This document shows positions 12,938 to 22,108 of a DNA stretch of 64,000 nt, one piece after another. Below the pieces are notes generated by a model. That model was not told the DNA's origin. It made no database searches and was given only the letters and a program-made list of their open reading frames with translations. How positions within the stretch are numbered: position 1 is the first letter of the stretch; each line of letters starts with the position of its first letter. Location: the NCBI GenBank assembly GCA_964016885.1, contig OZ024742.1:245334001-245398000 (forward strand), given 5' to 3'. The translations under genes and the position numbers were made by a program. Source of the DNA: Eledone cirrhosa (lineage: Eukaryota).

Positions 12938-13058
12938 TATGTGTTTTTAAATGACAAAATGACTTGCTCAATGATCCAATTTCTACAATCTGGTGGTGTT
13001 TTACTACTTCTGATAACTTGCTGTCGTTATTTTCTCAAATATTATTTGCTAAATGCTA

Positions 13059-13251
13059 GGGCGGTGAATTGGCAGTATCGGTAGAGGGCCGGACGCCATG
13101 CTTTGACGTATAGAGTTACGGCCCTTGCCATTCTGAGTTCAAATCCCGCCGAGGTTAACTTTGCCTTTCATCCTTACGGGGTCGATAAAATAAAGTACCA
13201 GTCATCTACTGGGTAATTGCTGGCTTTGTGCCAAAAGTAGAAACAATTATT
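13059..13251 (+). mobile_element. tRNA-head SINE family A (Nin/Deu-like domain), full length with TSD
   Basis: Head GGCGGTGAATTGGCAG, B box GAGTTCAAATCCC, core GCCTTTCATCCTTACGGGGTCGATAAAATAAAGTACCAG; TSD ATTATTTGCTAAATG. Confidence 0.85.
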
Positions 13252-13804
13252 TGCTAAATGGACAATATAGGAACGATTTTGTAATTAATATTTTATGTAA
13301 ACAAATTACATGCAATATTTAAAAAGTGTTTTTTATGAAATTGTCTATTAAATACGATTCAGTGTAATAAGCTAAAACAGTAATTAGTAATATCTGAAGG
13401 ACGTTCCACTCACAGTAATTGATTTTGAATATAAATTTACAGCCAGTAAGGTTATTAAAAATATATATTTTTATTTTTCTAAACAAAAAAACTAGTATCT
13501 GTCCAGGACATGTTTACATTTTCAGACAGATATTTTTATCAAGTCATGATTGTGTAATCTACTTGATATAAATAGTTGCAATGCATAATTATTAGTCTTT
13601 TTGACTGCTCCAGACTTGTTTGAACAATATGAACTTTATTCAAAATCTAACCCATAACAAACAAGTTATTTATTTATTTAGAATGAGAAGTTTACTGAAA
13701 ATGTCATCTGTTATGGTGCTGTATCATAATGCAGAGAAGTATATACAGGAGGGGGTATCAAAACTGAAGGGGAAAATAAATTAATATTCTATGCAACACA
13801 CACA

Positions 13805-16800
13805 TCATCATCATCATCATCATCATCATCACCGTTTTACGTCCGTTCTTCCATGCTAGCATGGGTTAGACGGGTTGTCCTGTTGTGGGCAGTGTCTGGT
13901 CGGCTGACCATGCCTTGCTCATACAGGAACTGATTTTGGCTTGATTTCTACAGCTGGATGCCCTTCCTAACACCAACCTCATTTACAGTGAGTGCTGGGT
14001 GCTTTTTTTCCGTGGCACGTACACGTCCACTTTACAGTGTGTGGGCTGGGTGCTTTTTTGCTGTGGCACCTCCACGACCACTTTGCAGTGGGAGGGTGTG
14101 GGAGCATATTGTCTATATGCTTCAGCTTGTACCCATGGGGGGTCAGGTCTTCTGTATTACTGCGCGCCGCCAGAGGTCATGGTCGTGTGTCATCGTCTTT
14201 GAGAGGTGTAATTGGGTAAGGTCGGCTTTTATCACCTCATCCCAGGTCTTCTTGGGTCTCCCCACTCCGCGGTTTCCATTGACTTCTAGTGCTCTGCACC
14301 TTTTTATGCAGCTGTCATCCTTCATACGCATCACATGTCCTTACCAACGTAACTGCCTCTCCTGCACACAGCATTTGATTCCTCTTATGCTCAGTCTCTC
14401 TGTCAATTCATTTATGCTTTGCCGTTCGCGTATATTACTATTACACATCCATCGGAGCATGCAGGCTTCGTTTCTTTCTAATCTATGTAAGTCTTCCACC
14501 TTCAGTGCCCAGGTCTCACTACCATGTAACATTGCTATTCGTATACACGCATCATACAGTCTGCCTTTCATTTTGAGGGAAAAGCCTTTTGCAGCTAGCA
14601 GTGGCAGTAGTTCCCTGAACTTCTTCTATCCCATTCTTACCCTAGTTATTGTACTTTCTGAACACCCACCTCCGCTGCTAATTCGGTCACCTAGGTAGCA
14701 GAAACTGTCTACTGTTTCTACAGAGCCCTCCCAGAGATTGGTGGTACTTGTTTCCTGTGGCTGTTTGCTGCTTGCTGTCCCAGCACAGCTGCTACATGTG
14801 AAGCTTACATTCTTAATTAAGCTTCCTGAGATCCCACTACATCTCTTGTGTACCCATTGTTTGCATTTGGGGCAGAGAATGGAGTTCCTACCTACACCTT
14901 TCCTACATACTGAGCAAGGCCATTTCCTTGAGGGGATATGGGTTCGGTTTTCAAGTCTACTTACAAGGACCGTAGTCTTTGTCAGGTTGACTTTGAGACC
15001 CTTTCTTTCTAGTCCCTGCTTCCAAGTTTGGAATTTCTTCTCTAGTTCTACTATAGATTCAGCTATAAGTGCGAGGTCATCTGCATACAGGAGTTCCCAT
15101 GGGCATCCGGTCTTAAACTCCTCCGTTATTGCCTGCAGGACTATGATGAACAGGAGAGGGCTAAGAACAGAGCCCTGGTGGACACCAACCTGTACGCTAA
15201 ATTCCTCGATATACTCATTGCTAATCCTAACTTTGCTGACTGCTCCCCTATACATGGCTTGTACAGCTTTCACAAGCCATTCATCTACTCCTAGTTTTCT
15301 AAGAGCCCATCAGATAATAGCACATGGAACTCTGTCAAAGGCTTTCTTGAGATCAACGAATGCCAGGTAGAGTGGCTTACTTTTAGCTAGGTACTTTTCC
15401 TGTAACTGCCTCACAAGGAAGAGGACATCAGTGGTGCCTCTTCCTGGTACAAACCCAAATTGCATCTCATCTAGTTTCACCCGGTCCCTAATCAACTGTG
15501 CTATAACTCTTTCTGTTACTTTCATGACCTGGTCCATCAGCTTTATACCTCTATAGTTTCCTCTATCTAGTGCATCACCTTTACCTTTGTAACAGTTGAC
15601 AATGATGCTACTGCACCAACCTTTTGGTATGACACCTTCTAGTATTACCTGGTTAACAATACGTGTGGTTATAGTGTGACCTACAGACCCAGATGCCTTC
15701 AGCATCTCGGCAGCTATACCCGATGGACCAGTTGCCTTCCCCATCTTCATATCTTTGATTGCCTTACTTACTACACTGCTGCTGACTTGTACTGCTGGCC
15801 CCTCTATAGGGTCTACTTGGGGTAGGGTCTCTTCTTCCCATGCATTCTCCTCATTTAGTAATCTATCATAATGGCTCTTCCATGCATCTTTCTTCTCAGC
15901 ACTTGTGAGAGCAAGTTCACCTTTATCATTCCGGATACACTTCTCTCCAATGACATCACAATTCTCTCTGACACACTGCCTCACAATCTTGAACACCTTC
16001 TGTTTCTGGTCCTCACGTTGCAAAACATGCTTGAATTTTCTATCCTCTGCTTCCCTCCTAGCTAAGTATACTTGTCGCCTAGCTTCCCTCTTGGTCTCTA
16101 TGTAATGTACCCAGCTTCCCCCGTTCTTCCATTCTTTCCATGCCTGTCTCTTGGCCTTAACTGCCTCCTCTACCTTATTGTTCCACCACCAAGTCACTCT
16201 CCTCCAGCCACAGATCTCATCCGTCGCCTCTAGTAAGTTATTTTTTAGGAACTCCCAGTGCTCTTCTACATTCTACATTGAATGTCTCTATCTGTTCTTC
16301 TTTACTGTCGTAGGCGTTGAGTAAAATATCTTTAAATCTGTTACTGGCTGAGGGGTCTTTCAGCTTCCAGATCTTTCTTCTCCAGATGTTGGCCTCTGTT
16401 TCCAGGTTCATTTAGTTCTGACCGTGAGGTCACTGACAACTAAGCTATGTTGGGAGGTACATTCCTCACTAGGGAAGGCTTTTGTGTTTACGACCGTCCA
16501 TCTGTCACGTCCTCTGATGAGGATAAAATCTATCTGACTAGAATGCTCCCCTGATCTATAGGTGATCAGGTGGTTGTCGGGTTTTTTGAAGTTTGTGTTA
16601 CATATCGACATGTCATTGGCGTTGCAGAATTCTAGAAGTCTGAATCCTTCTTCATTTCTTGTGCCAACTCCATGGCCTCCATGGACTCTATTGAAGCCGT
16701 CACAGTGTTTACCTACGTGTCTGTTAAAATCACCTGCAATGATTAGGAAGTCATTGTCGTTTGTTAGAGCAGTAGTGTGCATTAGGGACTCATAAAACCT

Positions 16801-18265
16801 ATCCTTAAGTTCGTCTGACAACCCCGATTGGGGTGCTTAAGCTGATATTATTGTGGTAATTGTTTTATTCAGGACTAGTCTGAGTTTAATGATTCTTGCA
16901 TTTACCCTGTTCACTGAGATTACTTTATCTACCCACTTGTCAGCTAGTAGAATACCTACACCACCCATCCCATCGTCATTTCCCACCCAGAAAAATTTGT
17001 AGCACTGACTTTTTCCTACAAGGACTCTAGCAGACTCTCCTCTCCATCTAGTCTCTTGCATACAGCATACATTAATTTACTTTCGCTCTAGCATCTCTAC
17101 GATTTCTCCTGTTCTTCCTTTCATTGTGCTTACATTGATGGTACCAACTCGGAGTTTTGGGCATTTGTCAACATTCGTGAGGAAGGGTCGATTTTTGCAG
17201 GGGTGTGTGTGTGCTTCCTGTCTCTGAATTGAAACTTCACATGGGTGCTTGGTAGCTCGCGGATTCATATTCATTTTCATTTATTAATTCAGGGTTGCTC
17301 CATTTATTTTCAGCTCATCCATACATAATGGTAGGAAAATTCAAGGCTAGAAGAACAGTGGTGGTGGTGGTAATAATGGCAGAGTATGTTGGGCTGGGAC
17401 GGGTGAGGAGAGAGGTAGGTAGTAGTAGAAATGGCAGGGTTTGTTGGGGTTGGTAGTGGGTGAGGGGGGCATGCTGAGGTTTGATTGGTCGAATAGGCTA
17501 TGGTGGTGGAAGGGAAATTGTGAGGTAGGTAGCCAAATCATGGCCTGTAGCATCTCATGGCAAAATAAACCGATAGGAGTAGATGACTTTGAAGAGAAAG
17601 CGAACTGATAAATAAAACAACACTAATAATAGTGTAAGAGAGAGGAGGCGAGTATATGACTTCGTAGAGAGGCAGCATGGTAGAGAAAATGAGGGTAAAA
17701 ATAAATGTGTTGTGGAAGCTAGTGAAGTGATAAATACAGCAATAATTGTGTGAGCAGAACATTTGCAATTGGGGAATAGAAGGATACCTGAAAGATTGTA
17801 TGGATGGATGGCTGGAACGTGGTTAAGCAGCTCTAGTGATTCATTTTAGCCTTTCAGAGTCAAGTGTGTCTTATCTCTTCAAGAACTTCAAGATGAGTGA
17901 GGAAGGAATGGGTGAGAGGGAAAGGGAGGTAATAGGTGGCTTAGAGATAGATAGAGAGAGGGTAGCCCTCATAGAGAGATAGAGAGATAGATAGGGGGTA
18001 GCCATCATTGAGAGAGAGAGGGGGGAGAGTCGCCATCATGGCAAAATAAACCGATAGGAGTAAATACAACAACACTAATAATAGTGTAAGAGAGAGGAAG
18101 AGAGTAGATGACTTCGTAGGTAGCCAAATCATGGCCTGTAACATCTCATGGCAAAATAAACCGATAAGAGTAGATGACTTTGAAGAGAAAGCGAAGTAAT
18201 AAATAAAACAACACTAATAATAGTGTAAGAGAGAGGAGGCGAGTATATGACTTCGTAGAGAGGCA
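13805..18265 (-). mobile_element. RTE-clade LINE, near full length, disrupted
   Basis: Single long ORF in pieces (17280-14143), ~330-bp 3' UTR and (GAT)n tail at 13805-13830; 5' boundary uncertain beyond ~17300. Confidence 0.9.
14143..17280 (-). pseudogene. RTE ORF: APE endonuclease + reverse transcriptase + PHD-like finger (stops and frameshifts)
   Basis: EN motifs VGTINV, MQETRW, AGDFN, SQIDFIL, SQH; RT motifs NYRGIKL, QFGF, FVDLKKAFD, GVHQGSVLSPLLF, LLYADD; C-terminal RQLRW and GRPKKTW. Confidence 0.93.
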
Positions 18266-18331
18266 TATATATAGCTCTGATACTATGGATATGTGGTCAG
18301 AATGTCTAAGGGAAGGATCACTGGACAGATT

Positions 18332-18556
18332 TTAACCTTTTAGCATTTAAACTGGCCATACCCATGCCAGAATTCTCTCACTTCTTACTGTTCAAACTGG
18401 ACATATTGGCCCCCATACTTATGTTAAGGTATTGTTCTCAAAATAAATAATATCAAAATCTCATAGATTCGATATTATGTGAGAATTATGTGAGGTAAAG
18501 CCATTACCATGAAATATAATAGTATATATAGAGTAGTGTAAATGCTAAAGGGTTAA
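18332..18556 (+). mobile_element. piggyBac-type MITE, family 1
   Basis: Same TTAA-flanked TIRs and body as 594-825. Confidence 0.8.
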
Positions 18557-18559
18557 GGA

Positions 18560-18725
18560 CAAAACTAACCAGCAGGAGACCCAGGGATACACCCCCAAGT
18601 TTGGCTCGTTTTGGGTTGAGATCCAGCCAGATCGATTGGAGACAGTTATGACAGGTCCCACTGGAAGGCATGCTTGAGGACTCTGCCCTAACCCTACTAG
18701 GCATAAGTAGGCATTAAAAAGGAAG
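18560..18725 (+). mobile_element. second RTE-type family, 3' fragment
   Basis: Homologous to 12745-12937 (reverse) and 52730-52860. Confidence 0.55.
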
Positions 18726-18882
18726 AATATACATATATATAGATTGAAAATAGAATTAGAAGTTTTCACTATATTTTGACAACAGAAAATAGTCTAATAA
18801 CAGGATATATGAACTCCTATAACAGAAAAAAAAATAGGCATTAACACATATTATGCGTCCTTTCTTCGCAATTTAAGGGTTT

Positions 18883-19255
18883 GGCAATACTTGGTTTTAG
18901 TGTCCTAAATTATCATCATCGACATTCAATTATTAGCTCCACCCACTACACGATACGTCACGAAGGTAAATCTTTCGAAAAAATTTTAAACTGTATATCG
19001 CAACAATATATTGTTTAAAGAAATTTTTTTTCTGTTGTTAAAAACTGTAAATCTGTTAAAAAAAAATATGTATTTCGCAGCAATTTTTTTTGTTAAAAAC
19101 TGTAAATAAATATTCATGTAAAAATGAAGCATAGTGTTTCGGTTAAATACATTTTTTTTTTAACAGATTTACAGTTTTAAACAACAGAAAAAAAATTTCT
19201 TTAAATAATAGAATGTCGATGATGATAATTTAGGACACTAAAACTAAGTATCGCC
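18883..19255. mobile_element. Merlin-type MITE with 8-bp TSD
   Basis: ~45-bp TIRs GGC(A/G)ATACTT.GTTTTAGTGTCCTAAATTATCATCATCGACATTC; TSD AAGGGTTT at 18875-18882 and 19256-19263; second internal inverted repeat 19014-19074/19145-19205. Confidence 0.8.
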
Positions 19256-19719
19256 AAGGGTTTTATTTCTTTTGATGGAAAACAGTGACCATACTGCAGA
19301 ATCGATTTCATAAAATGGTACTGTATGATCGTTAAATGTAGAAGGATGATGAAATTGTAAATTAGACAAAAGTATTAGAACAGAGGGAAATAACTCACCG
19401 AAAGCGATAGTTTTGGGGCCCCATGGACCATATTTTTCAAGTTAGAGAGTTGAAACCTTGTCTATTTGCTTCCTTGGCACTTTTTACATAGGTGTGTAAA
19501 TGTTCATGTCAGTCCGACCACGTCTACTACCATTTAACTGTGCACAACTGAATTTCAACCACCGCCCATTTCACAAATATATATTAGATAGATATATATA
19601 TATCATCATCATCATCATCATCATTTTATGTCCGCTTTTCCCTGCTTAGAAATAACAACACAATCGGTACAGTATATGGAAGGTATATATTAGGTTAACG
19701 CTTGATATAGCAGGAAGAG

Positions 19720-19772
<53 letters not shown>

Positions 19773-19776
<4 letters not shown>

Positions 19777-20066
19777 TCATCATCATCACAGTTTTACGTC
19801 CGTTCTTCCACGCTAGCATGGGTAAGACGGGTTGTCCTGTTGTGGGCAGTGTCTGGTCGGCTGACCATGCCTTGCTCATACAGGAACTGATTTGGCTTGA
19901 TTTCTACAGCTGGATGCCCTTCCTAACACCAACCTCATTTACAGTGAGTGCTCGGTGCTTTTTCCGTGGCGCCTACACGTCCACTTTACAGTGTGGGCTG
20001 GGTGCTTTTTTGCCGTGGCACCTCCACGACCACCTTGCAATGGGGGGTGTGGGGGCATATTGTCTA
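19773..20066 (-). mobile_element. RTE 3' UTR copy (5'-truncated)
   Basis: Near-identical to 13815-14115 and to the reverse complement of 12080-12370. Confidence 0.9.
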
Positions 20067-20134
20067 AAGTGTTAAGTATTTCCGTAGAAAAGCTAAAGGA
20101 AAGAAGAGTGCTCCATGTATAGTACAGAGCTATT

Positions 20135-20252
20135 TAATTATGTAATAAACAACACAATATAATTATTCCATTACCCAAGGTTTCACAAAGTTAGACGATT
20201 CTAACAGAAACGGTAATGGAATAATTATATTGTGTTGTTTATTACATAATTA
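20135..20252. repeat. perfect inverted repeat, 41-bp arms, 36-nt spacer
   Basis: TAATTATGTAATAAACAACACAATATAATTATTCCATTACC ... GGTAATGGAATAATTATATTGTGTTGTTTATTACATAATTA. Confidence 0.92.
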
Positions 20253-20486
20253 TATATATATTACAAAAGACCAGACTTCCCACAGGCACAGGTCATTGAA
20301 CCAAAGCATATAAATTGTATGCACCACCACCCCCAACCCAGCCCCCATACACCTCCCATGAGGATAGGCTGAAGTATACATCCAGTGAAGTCTCCAGCCC
20401 GCACTGTAAAGTGGTCGTGTAGGCGTCACAACAAAAAGCACCCACTGTAAATGAGGTTGACACTAGAAAGGGCATCCAGCTGTATG

Positions 20487-20533
<47 letters not shown>

Positions 20534-20560
20534 TTGAATTTTCAAATATATATATATATA

Positions 20561-20778
20561 TATACTTGAATTTTCAAATCTCAAATTTTAACTCTTCGTA
20601 TTATTAATTTTTCTTAATATTAATCAACATTTGAAAAGATGGCTTTTGCAGACCCATCGAAACCGGTCATTTTTTATACCCTTTATTATTTCCTTACCTT
20701 ATAAAATTATGTTTTTTCACAAAAAAGTATTCTGTCTCTTATATATTCCATGTGCCATTACCAACCTCAATTTTCTCT
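20561..20778 (+). repeat. 5' pseudo-LTR
   Basis: ~218-bp direct repeat of 25394-25611 with only about 2 differences seen. Confidence 0.95.
20626..20673 (+). ncRNA. minimal type I hammerhead motif, U3-A8 core variant
   Basis: TTGAAAA (20631-37), stem II GATGG/CCATC, GAAA (20659-62), palindromic ACCGGT, GUC cleavage triplet ending 20668; stem I weak (AACAT/ATTTT). Confidence 0.65.
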
Positions 20779-20842
20779 ATAACCTTCGTTTTGTGTAGAA
20801 AATTACACTTTTCATATATACTAACCTACACAAATCCGGAAA

Positions 20843-22108
20843 ATGGCACTGGAACAAGACAACACAACTTCAAACTCCAATATAAATGAGGAAATCCTGA
20901 AAATCCTAAAAGAGATAAATGGAAAACTCACAATTCTGACAAAAAAACAGGATATACCCCAAACCACCACACCGACTGACAACCAAATTTATTTAAACGT
21001 TCAAAACGTATGCAACTCCATCGAAAAACTTATGAATACCAACACAGAACAAACGACATTGCTCCATATCAAAAACCAAATGGGACACCTCTGGAAAAAA
21101 CATCTAAAAACCAGAAAATTCACTTTCTGGAATATGATAAAAAACCTCAACAAAGCTGGAATTTACCAAAAATGGATTAACTCAACACCGATAGTTTTAC
21201 CACGTAAATTCCAAATAAAGCATATTACAAACGAACCTGAACCAGAAAGAAAACTCCGTGAACAAATGTCACTCAACAGGATAAACATGGAAATAGAACT
21301 CCTAAAATTAAGGGCCACCTCAAACGAGCAAGAGTATAAGGATACTGATAAAAATATGGAGGAAGAATGCACTAAAAAGGCCGAGGGAACAACCCTACAA
21401 AATTTAATCAAATCGTGGAAACAGGACTGCGAGAATGCAGAAACTATTTCCCTTAAACAGTGGGAAAAATCCGAAAACTGGTTCCTCAAATATGAAGAAG
21501 ACTTTAAAAGGACGCACCAAACAGGTAACCCCTTTATAAAGCATTTGAACATAACAAGAACTACAACAGACACATTTACACCACCAAACCCAACACACAC
21601 TAACCACAGGCACATCCCCCACCAACACAAACCAAATACGGCCAACTACACCAAAAGAAACACACCCAACCACCACAACACAGGTTTCCGTAGAAATGCC
21701 CCCTACATAAACCAACGACGAAATAACATAGATCCAACTCACAACACACACACCACATTCCTCAGAAGAAATCCACCCAGACCACTTGAAATCACAACAG
21801 AACTTACCCACAACCACACCAGACATCACCCTCAATCCAACAAAAGACAACCCCCCAACCTCAACACTCTGTACCACAGAAATAACGCACCCAGACCACA
21901 TGAACCAACAACAGAACCCTTGCTCATCAACAACCACAACACATACCACCCCCACCATCACATTCACCCTCATGAAACAACAAGCTACAGACCCACACGC
22001 AACAGACCAACAAAATATAATCACACACAAAACTACATTCCTTTTTTAGGGAAAAGCCTGAAATACCAGGATACTCGATGGCCCCACCTCAGGAGAAACC
22101 AAAAATAA
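20843..22108 (+). CDS. Penelope-like element ORF1 (coiled-coil/helical N-half, His/Pro/Asn/Thr/Arg-rich disordered C-half)
   Basis: 421-aa open frame between the pLTR and the RT ORF; heptad-like INEEILKILKEINGKLTILTKK; overlaps ORF2. Confidence 0.8.
   Translation: MALEQDNTTSNSNINEEILKILKEINGKLTILTKKQDIPQTTTPTDNQIYLNVQNVCNSIEKLMNTNTEQTTLLHIKNQMGHLWKKHLKTRKFTFWNMIKNLNKAGIYQKWINSTPIVLPRKFQIKHITNEPEPERKLREQMSLNRINMEIELLKLRATSNEQEYKDTDKNMEEECTKKAEGTTLQNLIKSWKQDCENAETISLKQWEKSENWFLKYEEDFKRTHQTGNPFIKHLNITRTTTDTFTPPNPTHTNHRHIPHQHKPNTANYTKRNTPNHHNTGFRRNAPYINQRRNNIDPTHNTHTTFLRRNPPRPLEITTELTHNHTRHHPQSNKRQPPNLNTLYHRNNAPRPHEPTTEPLLINNHNTYHPHHHIHPHETTSYRPTRNRPTKYNHTQNYIPFLGKSLKYQDTRWPHLRRNQK

Noticed and set aside
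13059-13150. tRNA genes at GTTCAAATCCC / GTTCGATTCC motifs
   Set aside because: These are SINE heads: no cloverleaf, and each continues into the shared SINE body.
21163-22030. Antisense ORFs over PLE ORF1, and antisense ORFs over the RTE and CR1 copies (e.g. 13958-14698, 14738-15370)
   Set aside because: Shadows of the real frames caused by compositional skew; no recognisable domains.
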